A DNA stretch of 64,000 nt, from positions 2,482,001-2,546,000 of the forward strand of contig NC_087252.1 of NCBI RefSeq assembly GCF_037042905.1. Direction: 5' to 3'. The stretch is from Lytechinus pictus. Taxonomy: Eukaryota. Shown here in pieces: positions 38,901 through 53,900 of this stretch; position 1 is the first letter of the stretch, and each line of letters starts with the position of its first letter. The notes beneath the pieces are model-generated. The model saw only the letters and a list, made by a program, of their open reading frames with translations. It was not told where the DNA came from and searched no databases. The position numbers and the translations under genes are program-made.

Positions 38901-41900
38901 GATGCTTCTAACCGGAATACTAGCATGGAGGAAACTATCATAGTAGTCGTCAGTACATCATCGGCCATTGACGTATCATTCACCCTCCTTGGGAATTTTG
39001 TCGGTGATTTCAATCTGCAGTAAGTTTGATTTCAAATTGGCAATGTTTTCTGTTTCCTTGTTCATCCTGGTAAAGTGCATGTTTTCTGAAATACCAGAAA
39101 CAGAATAAATTCATAGAATACATGAAGTACATGAGATCTATGATAGGAAAAAATATTTGTCAAGCAAAAAATAAGAAAAATTATATGGGCAGTTAAAATT
39201 ATGAAATGAAAATCCACGTCCATTAAAAACAGAATTGTCCATCAGTGAATATTTTTGTATCAAACCTGTTTAGGTGTTGTGTATGCCTATTTGCATTCCT
39301 TATGTACAGTGCATACATGTATATGGAAATTTATATATTTGCTTTATCATGATTTTGTTTTATAGTGCACCATGCCAACAAGAGTAAAGAATTAAACAGT
39401 TTTAACACCAAAAGAACCCAGTGTCTGTAGAGATGTATTTTAGACATTTCAAAACAGAGGACTTCAATTTCATACAGTACATGTATCTTTGAAAAACATT
39501 ATTTTTGTGAGCCAAGTCTTCAATAACTTGGATATCAAGTTAATTTGTAGTTTTATTTTTTTTATTTCTCTCTCTCATTTTTTCAGTTTCGAGTCCTTAG
39601 TGTTTGTGATTTATTTTGCATTTAAACAAATTATTCTGTATTGAGAATTATTGCTTTTTTGTTTGTCTACTCTGAGTTCTTACTGTATCTTTCTAACCCA
39701 CCAACAAAGACGTTATTTTAACATAGACTTTTATATACGAATGAAATTTAATTGTCTTTCTGAATATATTATTATTATTATTATATGACCAGACCACATT
39801 CATGTTGTCTAATTATGAAAGAAGACATTCAGAAGTATTATTTATACCTGGTACAGAGGTAACATGTTAGTATTTCCTGTTTTTATGGCTATCAAATTTA
39901 ACATATTTCCTTGTTTCATTTTCAGATCAAATAGAAGCATTACATTCTCAAGCAATCCATCTGCGCCCCAGGTAAAATGAATAATATTATCATCCACTAC
40001 AATTTAAAAAAAATTTCTTTCACATTTCTACTTTTTTCTTATTGCTTGTATTGTTATTTAAATTCTGTTACTTTTTTCTTGTTGTATCGTACAGTATTAT
40101 CCTTGTCCATGTGTTTGTATATTTTCTAAAGGATGTCAATAAAATGATTGGAATTGAATTGAATTTTTGAAAGTTGCAATACCAAATACATTATGATAAT
40201 TTGTTGATAGTATCAGTAGTATCAATCAATGTTGATCACTTTTTTGTCGCTGGTTTCCCAATTTTTTTTTAAATGTCCATGTATTACATGTATTATAATA
40301 CTCATTCACACCACAGTCCTATAATCTTGTATTTTATTGATGTTATGAGCTTAAAGGGATGGTCCAGGCTGAAAATATTTATATCTTAATACATGGAGTA
40401 GACTTCACTGAGCAAAATGCCGAAAATTTCATCAAAATCGGATGACAAATAATAAAGTTATTCAAGTTTAAAGTTCAGCAATATTTTGTGAAAACAGTCG
40501 TCATGAATATTCATTAGGTGGGCTGATGATGTCACATCCCCACTTGTTCTTTTGTATTTTATTATATGAAATTAGGTTTGTTGAATTTTTTCCTCCAAGA
40601 ACTAGAAAAATTGGATTGACAACTGATTTAGTGCATTAGATATTTATTGCTGCAACTTATTTCATTATAAGGGAGACATATTATTCACACAAGTATGAAA
40701 TAATGAAAAAGTTCAATAACTTTGTTATTTGTTATGTGATTTTGATATGAAATTTTTTTGTATTTTGCTCAGTGAATTCTACTCTATTTATTAAGCTATA
40801 AATATTTTCAGCCCGGACCATCCCTTTAAAGCCTCTTTTACTTTGAATGAATCGGAATGTGTTGAATGTTATTTTGTTTGATATTGATTATTAAAGCAAG
40901 CATAATGAATGATACGTATGTCACCACCCTCACTCAATTAATGTCCCTCTTTCACAAGATTATTAACTATTTGTCTATTTGTCTTTAATTAGTTTACTTT
41001 TAATTAGTTTTAAAGATGTTCAGATTTGAAAGAGAGCCAACGATGATTAACATCATTCATAGCGAGGTCTCTTGTTCTCCTTGATGTAACTTTAATAGAG
41101 AAATATACAATCTCAAAAGCAAGACTGAACCAAATTACACATTAAAAAAAAGAATGAACCAAAAATGATTAAAAAAAAGATCAACATGTACATGTAAAAA
41201 AAAGACTCTTATCAATAGAAGAATAATTATGAGGACTTGATAATGTCATTGTATACTTTATTAGGGGGGATATCATTCTGAGCTATTCATGTACATGTAT
41301 TTCCATTCATGATCTTATTGGATTTGCGAGCAGTAATTCATTTTTTTTATCTTGATTTCATATTTCTCTTCTCAACCTAGTATTTAGACCACCCAGATTC
41401 TGTGAAAGTATTGAATTAGCCAAGGAAGAAACCTTTTGTGATGACAAATGTAATTTATTGAATTAATTTATTAAAAAAAAGGAGGAGGGGGTAGTCTTCA
41501 ATTTTCCTATTTTCCCTTTCCTGTTATGTCTACAAAATCTCCAAATCTATTTTCTTATTATCTTTTGTATAGTATTATCAATATGAATTTCCAGAGGGAG
41601 TAGACATGGTGCTGGTGAAAGCCCATTCAGAGAATTCAACATGTGCCTACCTTTCAGTGCAGAATGCACAGGTGAGTAGACTTATTCCACTTCCTCCATT
41701 CAGTAGATAGAAATCGGAATAACGCTCCAAAGAAATTGAAAACAAGAGTAACGTTATTGTAATGCTCTTTATTTCATTTTATAATTTTCATATTTAAATG
41801 ACTGATAAGTAAACAGAAAAATTCTACAGGGCCTACTAGTATTAAGGGTGGGTTAGCCCCCGAAATACTAAAAATAGAAAGGAGCCCTGGAAATCGCTAT

Positions 41901-44900
41901 TCATCCCAATTAGTGCTGTTAGCGATAACCTCTTTATCGCTAGTCCTGTCGATAATCGCTTCTTTTTTTGCCACTTAGCGATATCGATATCCTTTCTCTT
42001 GTTGTCGATAATACCTTCTATTATTTTAGGGACATGACAGTGTTTTTCCGTGATTGCGAAAATGGACGGAATTCATGGAAACGGCCTTTTGAAAGTGGCT
42101 TTTCAAACGGAAAATGCACAGAACAGCAACAGAAATCTCAACAAAATACAAATACTTACTAGCCACAAAACACGATCTCACTTCGTTGCAATAATGACAA
42201 TCCAATCATCGTGGCTGCACTCGTCTCCATCACTCGATCATATTGAAAGTACCAACCACAGAGCTACATGTAGAAGGCAGCACACAGCCATGTGTTGCTG
42301 CCCTCTACGTTCGAATATTTAACAGCACAATATCAAAATGGTGGATAGGCGAAAGTCGTTGACTGCTCAGAACGATGTCCAAAAAGCCCCAAAATTTCCG
42401 ATAAAATTTTATCCAACCCTAAAATAATGCTAATAACGTGAAAGGTGAGGATGTATTCATGCTAAATATGTTTGTTAAAAGATGTTTTGTAATTTTTTTA
42501 ATCCGTTGAACGCGGACTTTTAAGCGTTTTTGGTACAGTGGCAGATACAAATTTTGTATTGTGACATCGCTAATATAAAACATGCGTATTGATTATTTTC
42601 TTTTGTCGATAGTTATCGATATCGGTAAGTCATTTTTAGCGATATGTAAACAGAAAATTTTAAATACCAATAACAGCACTAATCCCAATCTCACAGCTAA
42701 TCCAATGTTGCAGACTTAGACAGTAAGTTGTGAAAAGTACCGTAGTGTTTAATAGTAAAACATATCAATGTTTGAACGGTATTCTTGGATTATCACCGTA
42801 TTGTTTAATAGTAAAACATATCAATGTTTCAACGGTATTCTTGGATTATCTGTCCCCCGTCTGTCCTGTTTTCATCTTCTCATCTATTTTTTTTCCCTTT
42901 GTTGGAGAAATATTTTCATATAAAGTTAGAGATTGCTCAATATTTTTCTACCCATCTCAGTGTCCAATCTTTGACGATTTTTCCACTGTGAGGTACAACG
43001 AAGGAATCTTTCAGACGATGACAAAACAAGCCGCAATCACAGTCACAGTAAGTCAAGAAGGGGGCAAAAATTGTCAAAAATTAAAAATGCCTTTGAGTTG
43101 TAACCACTCTTTGTATGAAGGAATAAATATTCCTTGATTTAATTTGTAATTGAGCATTGTTCCCATAGAATATGTTCAATCACAAAGTGACCATGTAAGT
43201 ACATGTATACATGTGTACTTTATGAAATGTGCAATGGTTTCTGAATTTCCATCCATTGCAGACATGAGATTTAACATAAATAGTGAAAATGCTAATTATA
43301 TTTCAGTTATCTGAAATGTCATTCTCTTTGTTGTAATCTACAGCAGTTCTCTGGTTTATAAAATGTTATTCTCTTGATTATAATCTATATAGTTCCTTTG
43401 TTTATAAAATGTTATTCTTGTATCTTGTTTAAAAAATTTCATTCTCTTTTTTAATGTTTAATCTTTTTTCATCTTGACAGAGAGACATGTATAAATCAGG
43501 ATTCTTTTACGTTGTAGTGGTTGTGCATCCAAATGACAATATGTGTGACAATAACTACAGGACACTGACTCCTCTCGAAGGTGAGAAATCTGTAATCTAT
43601 ATGTGTGGGTGCATCGTGGTCTAGTGGTTCTGACTCTCGCCTTTCAAACAGAGGGTCGTGGGTTTGAATCCTAGCCATGGCGTGTTTTCCTTCAGCAAGA
43701 AATTTATCCACACTGTGCTGCACTCGACCCATGTGAGGTAAATGGGAACTGGCAGAAAGTAATTCCTCAAAAAGCTGTGCGCACCAGAATCGGTAGACTA
43801 GCTTAGCCGGGGTAATATAGGAGTGCCTTGAGCACCTAGCAAGGTGGATACGTGCGCTATACAAATCCTATATTATTATTTATATGCGAGATTCAAATTG
43901 GAAATATGTCACATCAACATATTATGTTACCGTGAAGGAGGAGAAGCAGGAAGATAATGTTTGGATTTTGTATATGCCATTTAAACTAAGTTCTACCGCA
44001 GTGGTATTAATGAAAATCCATATTCTGTGTTTTCTAATAGATTTTTCTATGATGATACTATTATCATTTGAGAGTGCTAGAAAAATCAAATTAAATAAGA
44101 GGAAAAGAGAAGGGGAAGAGGAAGGGGGGGGGGGTGGGTATAGAATTAAGTGTCATGATTTTGTCTTCCTCTTTTAAAGTTGTACCACTGGATTAAAATT
44201 CTCTTTTATATTCCTCCAGCTCAATATTCAGGTTCATCTCCACGGACGAAGATTGTGACCCTGAGAGTGAAGCACACACTGGAAAGTGAGTACTTTATTG
44301 TCTGTGCAAACATATTTATCATCCTTTACATGTAAAGCATAGATACCAAAATCCCTGCAATCTAATTGGTCAATCTTTGTGCAATTAGTGCTACTAGCCC
44401 TTCGATCTATATCAATTGATTTTTTGTTCACAACAGCGATACATACATGTACATGTATACTATACTCAACTGGTGTTGTACTTGAAATCAGATGCACAAG
44501 GTTCCAGCATACATGTATTCCTTGGAAACTCCAATTTCTTAAGATCCATATCTTTTCATAGACCGCTTGAATGACACTTTTCTTTTTTATTATTTGGAGA
44601 GTGGGGGGAGGGGAGGGGCTGTTGTTGCTGTGGTTTTTATGAGCAGACCCTTATAATAAGTACAGGAAAGGTACATTGTATACATAGTATAGTAGCTAGC
44701 CATGGTATTGACATTGTACAAGCTTTCCAGCCATCACCCCCGATGTCCCACTCTTAAGCCTAGTATAGGTAAAGGTATACGGTATATTACATGTATGTGG
44801 CATTTGAGCCTAGTAATGGCATCTAGACTAGCATATTGTGAAGTTACATGTACATGTAGCTACAATGTACAGTATACATACTATAGTACTGTAGAAGGGA

Positions 44901-47900
44901 TGTTAATGATGTGTATTTAGTACATGTAGATGGTCACAATTTCTCACAGAGGGTCTCTATAACACTTTTGGCTTGCCAGGCATCCAATAAATTTGCCATG
45001 GATCTTGTAATCACCAACACATGGTAACTTGATATTGTTCTTGGTCTTTACTGTAGCTCATGATTACTGGAAACCGATCGTGACCACTTTTGGGGTCATC
45101 CTGGCTATCTACTTCCTCTCTGGATTCATTATTGCTGGAAACATAATGAGGTAAGAAAAAAAAACCTATTTTACTCTGATGTCACAAGCTATAATTATGA
45201 TCTCTGATGAGTGTCATTTTTTCTGTTATGATTAGTCACATGAAGGGCTCTCCACTAATAAAATAGCAAGAAATTCTCAGTTCGGGATATAAAGAAGTAT
45301 ATCTGTCTCCAAAAAAACTTCATTCATATTCTCAATGATTTTCTCATCTTTTCAAGCCGTACCATAATTTCATGATTAACATTCAGCCCTCTATTTTGAT
45401 ATTTTTGTTCGACTCACAACTCCAGCTTACTTTCTAAATTCTTACAGATTTTGGCTAATTGTAATTGTAACAATACACATCTTAATAATTTCATGTCATC
45501 TGCTTTTTACATCATTGTACTTTTATTGTTAATTGTATGTTTTTACTTGCCACTTTAGCTTTAAGATTCCTTCACATGTACTCACCAATTTATTTATGCC
45601 TCTCTTATGATGTTGTTATGTAAGTGAATTGTTATAATTGTTATGTTATGATATGTACATTGTCACAGGGCCCCATGGGAGACCAACAAATTGTTGAATG
45701 GGCTTCCCTGAAAAGAAAAAAAAGTCTCCCCTCATTGGCCGTTATGTATGAAGCAAAGTTACACTTACAATTTTTTTTTTTAATTTTCAGGCAAAAGAAA
45801 GCTGATATGATGGCAGGGACTGCTTCAGAAAGAGGTAAAGATACAATGCAGTTCTGGTTGTAGATTTAAATCCAGAAGAGAAGTGTATCAAAGCTACCAC
45901 TGTGAAACACAAATATGCTTACACAACTGGTGGATCCAGGGGGGCACAGCTGGCCCTAGTCACCCCCCTTTTTTTTTGCTTGTCAAATTTTCCCTTGGAA
46001 AAATGTCCCCCCCCCTTTCGAAAAATCCTGGATCCGCCCCGGCTTACACTTTCAGAATCATCAAAATAATACCAAATTGACTCCATTGAAAGGTTGCATA
46101 TGCACTGTACACAATTGAGTATGTACATGTACATGTGTGTATTCTCAGTCTGGCGGTTTCTGTCTGCCCTTGATATTTGAATGTAAGGGCATTTGGAGAA
46201 CCATCCTGTACAGTGAATTTTTTTTCATTCCCCCTTTTTTTTTTATTTAAAAAGTTTAAAGCTCACAATATTACTACATCTATTTCCATTTTTGCCATGA
46301 CCCTTGTTTATCTGTACACCTTGTTTTGTCATTTTCCCCCCATACATTACATGTACAGTACATGTATTTCTGTCATATCTTCAGTGTGCTCTGTTAATTA
46401 CTGGTTTCCTGTTGATAATGATAATGATTATAATAATAATAACGGTATATTTACCTAGGGTAGCCACTTCAGTTCGGAAAACTGTTCTCCCAGCAGGCCC
46501 TGCTATTATTGATAGACATACACTTTCAAATGTTTTTGTAAAGTATTCAAATTGGATGGAAATTTGCCCTCTTAGACAAAATTAAGGGGGAAAAAAGCAC
46601 AGGTAAAATGTAATAGTGTATGAATTGTATAAAAACACCTAAACAAGTACATGTACTACAATGCAAGTTTTTTTTTAATCAATACATACAATTTCAGATT
46701 TTTAATTTTTGTGTTCTCTGCATCTTAAAAAAAAAATGATCATGGAAAAACAGAATCACCTTTATCTCGTCTTAAGAAAGTTCGGCAGAACATAGACAGT
46801 GTAGTTCTAGTATGAAGTCATGAATCTGACTTCTCAAAACATGGTTGATTTACAAAAATTAGTTTAAATTTCTAAGTATATTTGTGTGCATGATCTCTTG
46901 TGCATCTTGCTTGTCATTTATATAATTTAGGAACAAACTTCAATCCAAAAGCAATTGAATACCCGGTTTTTTTTTTTGTTATTCAAAATTTTTGATAATA
47001 CCAACTTTACTTCTTCATAACTTTATATTTTCAAATGGACAGGTATAAAACTTGTAGACACAATGTAATTTTGGTATTTCAATCAATGTTTCACCTCATC
47101 TCAAAATATGTACAATCCAGAATACATGTACATGTAGTTTATTGGGTGATTTCAAGTTCGGTGTTCGGTGTTGGTGTTGAGAGCGTAAAAAGGCCGCTGA
47201 ACCGAGCTCCAACACGGAGCTGGGTTCAGAGGAACGATACCGATTGCGTAATCGATAGCACATGATGTCACGCCTCTGTGCTGTGCTGCTAAATCATCTC
47301 AACTTCATGCGAGAAGTCTCGACGAAAATGAAATCGGAGAGAAATGCATTAAATTCTCATCATACAGAATACCCATACTTTAATTTATTCAAGAATACTA
47401 TAGAGTAAACATTATTCTTCATCAAAATATATAAAGCTCAAATGATTTGTACTCATCTTAACTGTAAAATTTAATTATACGGGGATGTTTCATCTGGTTC
47501 GCTGCATGTTCGCGAGCTTGAGATTGCCAACACCAACACCAAACTTGAAATCACGATTTTCCCAATCTTAGGGGGTTTGGTGTTGGTGAATGGGGAAATT
47601 GCACGTAGATCGTCAACACTAGCCAGAGTGCTGGGTTCAGCAGACGACATTAAACACCAGCCTTCAACACGAACTGCCGGAAATACGTCATATTTTCCGA
47701 GGTCAATCCCAACACCAGCCTGATTTCAAGTACGGTGGTGTAGCTGGTGTTGGTGTTGTCACAACACCAACACCAGATTTTAACACCATACTTGAAATCA
47801 CCCATTGTGTTGTTTATGTACTGTATGTATGTAGAGTAGCATGTTGAATCAATTGTAGGAATGTTTTGATAATCTACATGTATCTGTAGACCATATTCAT

Positions 47901-50900
47901 TGTCATCTGTTAATGCCCTGCCCCCTTTTCTATGATTGACATATATCTTTGTTTATGCTGTTGCCTGGATACTATTCTACATTCCTCTGTGAAACGAATC
48001 ATTTCATCAGTTGTTCTGCTTGGTACAGTATACATATTTTGTCATATTAACATATTGCATGATGTGCACGAATGGCATGATATACCTTTATTTTGAGTGC
48101 ATTTTGCTTTGATGTGAAGTGGATTGGAATACTGAACCATAGGTTAACAAAAAAATGCCTTATACTAAAATCTTGATTATTTTAACCAAGCAAGTGTAAT
48201 TTAGAATAGGGTATTGCTATTTTGCTTTATGTGTCGAAGTGAATAGAATATTAAAAACAGGCCTATTATGATTTTCAAGATCTGTAGAACATTAGCCATT
48301 TTATAAAACTCCACAGGCATAATTGTGTTATTTCACCATTACATGTACATGTTGCTAAACCAAGACGGCCGTTCTGACATGTAGCAAGAGTACATGTAGT
48401 TTATAATTTTAGCACTAGGGTGTTATGGCAGCATTTGTACTTGTAATGACAGTGAGTATTGTTGCAGCACTGGTGTCACTGTGGTATGATAGGAACACTT
48501 TGCATGTTGACAAGCACCAGCACTTTAGAATTTACATGAACACCATGGTGTAGCCCCATTGTTCAGAAGCTGGTATTTTGGGGGTTATTAACTAATGTAA
48601 ATGTATATGATTTTAACACCAGGGGTGTTTCATTCTGCATGCAATTGGGAATTGAAGTGCGGCTCTAGGGGTTGTTGCAAGAAAATATTTGCGATCAATT
48701 GCAAATATTCTGTTGCAATTTTACAATTGATAGATCAATGTTACATGTAGCTGTAGCAAATCAGATTAAACTTCTTGTTTCAAGGAGCAGATTAGCAATC
48801 AATCACTAATTTGCAATTAGCTTCAAGTCATCTGATTTAGGGACCAAAAAATAGACTTGCAATTGATCACAAGTTTCTTGCAAACACCCCATATGTCATA
48901 CTTAATTCTTTGTGAAACCTCTTCCAGGATATCTTGTGAGCACCAAGTTTAATAACATTTTGGTATAGTGGAAACACTGGTGGTATACATAATGTAGGCA
49001 CAAGGTGTAAATAGAACACTTTGGTATATACATTGAAATCACTTGGTTCATTAATAGAACTATAGTTTTATAATATGAGCACCATGGAATGAATGAGAGC
49101 TCACTGTGTTGTGTGAAAAGCACCATGGTCTATGACAGTCACTGAGGTATTGGTGCATGTTGAAGAATATACAGAATATAATCTGTTTTCGATGAAGGTT
49201 TCTAACATTTGTCCTGGTCTGGGGAGAATTCATGAAACAAGTAGTATTTTTGACTAACTATCGTTATAAGCTACTGAAATTCTTGCACCTGATTGGCTCA
49301 GAGCAAATTTGTTGGTGAAAATCACTATCTGGTTCATGAAACACTTCCCTGATCTATACAGTATATTTCAATTTTCAGGTTAACATGCCTTGAGTTGCTC
49401 CTTTGCTTCATATACATGTATGTAATTTCTAAAACTATTTTTCTGCTTTTAATAGTTTCAGCCATGTAATACTAACATATTACCATAGTCCAGCTTCAAT
49501 AACTCATATTAACAGAATCAACAATTTCAACATGTTTTTCAGTACTTTGTTGCTGTGCCTCCTGTGAGAGTTTTGCTTGTTATTGGGTTCAGGTTGATAC
49601 AGGTGTGGACCAAAGGCACCAATTTGAGGATGTTTATTTGCTTGTTGGGAAATTGTTTGTTGGGATATTGCCGTGGTGGGAGTGGCCTTTTATTAGCTCT
49701 TGTTTCATTTTTTGCACTGTGCATGTACATGCAAATTGTGTAGATGCTGTAGTTGAAAACAATCCGCTTTATTTGTAGAATCAAGTATTTTGAAAGTTTG
49801 CATATACATAGATAAAAAAGTAACATTTTTATCTCAAAAGGGAAGTCTACTTTCACTAAACTTGCATGTATGTCAATAAATCAACCTGTTAAGTATTATA
49901 TTCTGCAATTTCCATAAGCTTTGTCAAGGGCCCAATGTATTCTAGTTGGCAATAGGTTAAATGCACTCCCATTGATAGTTGCACTTTATAGCCATGTGCA
50001 GCAAAGGTGCTCAATCAATACCCCTCCTGCAACAGTTGCACTATGAATTTGTGAAGCAAGAAACTTATGCTGTGATGTCTCAAGAATCTATTTTTTTTAT
50101 GCATGTCACTGAACACATACAGTACGGAAAATAATAATTATATAATTTCTTTAATACTGAGCTCCCATATGATAAAGTCTTCCTAAGCTTATATTGAGAT
50201 CAAATTAATGATGTTGAGCCTGCTTTCATCCCAAGAATATTCCAATGCACTAAATCTGCAGATTATATCATTCTCTCAGATCCAGAGTCCAATGCTCAAG
50301 ACGGTCAGATGCCCTTTGCACAAGCAGATTCAGCAAGCAGTAACTACGGCACTGCAGGTCGGTATCAAAACCTGTTGTGAAATTTGTAATTCTGTGATTC
50401 TGGGGTAATATGATTTTATCCTCTTGATTTCATCCATTGCATGCTCAGTTATGAATCAATGTCCTATGAGAAAGTCTGTCTGGATAGATAGAAAGGGGGC
50501 TTGGTCAGAGAATGATTTTTTTTTACATTGAGCGAGACATAACATGTTGTTATTATGATCATTTTTCCAGTATAATTGAATACATGATACAGATATAATA
50601 TCCTTTTTATTTTCTAATCTTCACGCACTAACATGGTATTAACAGAGCTAGAGTCAGGGGATTTTTTCCTCTATGGTAAACCACATTTTCCACACTTTTC
50701 TCATTATTGCTGATTCCCTTTTGCAAAACAGACGGTTTTCTTACATTTCAGTAGTATTGGCAGCAGCTGCATTTTAATACTGGTGGCGGTTAAGCTGTCT
50801 ATACTTATTATAGGTATAGACATTATATGTAGATATTATAGGCCCACCAACATATTAGGCCTACGATATGTACATGTCAGAAACAATATAATCCCATTTA

Positions 50901-53900
50901 TATTTGCTTTTATAATAAAGAATGATGCTAGCATTTCATTTTTGAAAAAAAATTCATGAGATTGCCAATTCAGACATATACATGTACATGTATTATTGAC
51001 ATTAATCATCATGCACACACATTCATTGCACATAAACACATGGCGGGGCTACTGCAGGGAATATTCACTCATTTAGGCCCGTATTCTGAAGTCAGGTTTT
51101 AATTCATGAGGAAAATTTAATTGTACATTGCTTTCACTGCAATAAGCAGTGAAAGCTGAAATCAGTTATTGGGGTTTCTTAATAGCTAAATCCATCTGTT
51201 GGTGTACTTTGCACCCATGTTTCTCTTCAGTGCTTCATCTTTACTTCCTATTTTTAAATTTTTAACATGATGCGTGCCTTTTCTACAAAACATGTTGTTT
51301 GCAGTGTATCTGTATATTTGTTTTCATGCTGCTATGGTTTATAATACACTGTAGTATACTAGCAGATGGTCTAATTCTCACCATCATGGCTCATCCCACT
51401 TGGTCTAACAATCAATTTCATGACGAAATACCTCCATTTGATTACACTATACCCCATTTTTTCTCAATGAATTCTGTTCTCCGAATACGAAAACCATACT
51501 GCCCCAGGCATGCAATGTAATTATCAAAACACCTGTTTCTTGACCTCGGTCCGAAGATAACACAACATCCCGAGTGCGGTCCGGGAAAACATGTCGCCAT
51601 TTTTTATTCACTTACTTTCCTTATTTCGAGGTTGATTTTCTTCGTTTGAAATTGAAAATGGGCTAGCATTGAATTTCTGAATACAATATGCCTTTGAAAA
51701 CGTGATTAAATATCGAATACAATAATTTAATTCCGAAGGTCCTTCTACAGGCAGAGAAGACTTACGTAATACACAGCTGTTGTTTATCATTTTGTCCTTG
51801 GCTCAACGCTCATAATCTGGCCTGTGGGGATTACCTGGCCAAGCGGGGTTGATCAGGCGGGTGTTTCATAAAGCTGTTCGTAAGTTAAGAGCGACTGCAT
51901 GGTGATCATGTCTTGCGGTAAATGGTACAAACCATTGGCGATGATCACCAGTCGTTGTTAAAGTCGCTCTTAACTTACGAACAGCTTTATGAAACGACCC
52001 CCGGGGCTTGGAAATGATGTTTTAGATTTTCAAATGCAAAATGGGGTGAAATACCGCAGTTTGCCATCTGATCTGCGGTCCGTTTTCAAACGGGGGTAAG
52101 ACGTAATGTGATAAATTAAAATTACTGTTTGGTGCAACCATCATTTGGTCTGATTTTTTCATTGACCTGTGCCCCGTTTTACCAAGAGTTGCAATTGATC
52201 CAATCAAACTCAACTATGGAAAGCCATCAATGTCAACATCTATTATGTATGTTTGTTCAAAATATTTTCTATTTTCTATGATGTACATTCATACATTCAT
52301 TGTTTTCTTGAAAATTCAGTGTGCTTCTCTTTGTTTACAAAAGACATTGTGCAAAATTTTATAGAAAAAATTATGACAGTGATGGATTTCCATAGAGTTG
52401 AGAATTATTGAATCAATTGTAACTCTTTGTAAGACAGGACCCCGGTCTAGCTGTAATTTAGTCTGATAGCCAGAAAATTTGGTTCATAAACAGTCCACTT
52501 AATCATAATAGTCTAAGCGTTGTTAGACCAAGTGGATATTAGACCAAATGGAATTAGCCTAATTGGAAATTAGACAAAATGGTAAATGAGCTAATAGGCA
52601 ATAATGCTAGTAAATGGTTAGTAGACAAACTGGTCTTAGATGTACTACGATTAGACCATGTACATGTAGGATGAGAAAAAATGGAAAGCAGACAAAGTGG
52701 GTATAAATCAAGTGGCAATTCGCTATTTCCTGCTTCAGATTTATAGAAAAAATAGTATAATGCACACTTCCATGTAATGTACATGAATTGAAGATATTAT
52801 AAAGCACAGGGGTGGTATTCTGAAAATTGTCTTAACTTTTCTTGTAAGTCAGCAAGATAACAGCTCGCTAAAATTCTCTTAAATTGGTATTCTGAAAATT
52901 GTCTTATCTCTATAAGGACGTCCCCTATTTTATCTCTGACACGCCCAAAATTTCATCATCATCCAATCATTAAGCTTGTTACATGTATATGCTTAGGTCA
53001 ACCAATAGAAGTGTCTCTTCTGAAAAAGAATGAAGCGCATTGTTGATATGAGGCGTAATTTCCTTGCGCCCCCGACGCTTATGCTTGTGCGCTTCTGTGC
53101 TAAAAATACACGTGGCTCTTCCTAAAGACATATTTTCTTTGAAAAGGTTCATCGCCTCGAACACCAATTTTTAATTGCTGAAAAGTCTACCAATCCGTTG
53201 TTATTTTTTCTTTGGAATGTCTCCTTTTGTAAAACATGATGTTATTGCGGGATGCAGCAAGAAATAATTATTGCAGACGGACAAATATCGCATGCAACAA
53301 TAAGTTACAATAGCCCCCTACCTCTTGTAAATTTTCTTGTATTTTCCAAGGAAGTTAACAGAACGCAAAGATAAGAGAATTTTCAGAACACCTTTTATCT
53401 CGATATGTTATCTTGCGCACATAGATATTTATGCGCCGTTTTTAACTTTACGCATAATTCTAGCTCTGACATCATACGCGCTCAGCTTAAGTTACAAGAA
53501 AATTTACAAGAAACGATACAATAATTTTCGGAATACGGATTTGATTGTAACTCTAAAGATTCAAGAATATTTCTTTTAAGACAATTTTCAGAATACGGCC
53601 CCAGGTGTACAGTGTACATATATTTGTATTCATGCATATCCTTCTCTTGCTCAGGCTTGACTAAACTCCCTAATATTATACACTTTTTGTCAATACATGT
53701 ACATGATAACTTACTTTTTCACGCTGACTCTTGCTGACATTGTCTGTTAGCTCTGTAGCCCTATACTGCTCCATTCATGTTTGAAAAAGAACCTGTGAGT
53801 CTGCATGCATAATTAACGACTGAATTACTTTCATCATCTCAAGTATTCGTGCATGAAATAGCATCCTTTTTCTGTTTCTCTTATACATTGCACATTAATT

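Noticed and set aside
43606..43680. tRNA gene
   Set aside because: The tRNA-like head continues into a SINE body and tail present in several copies.
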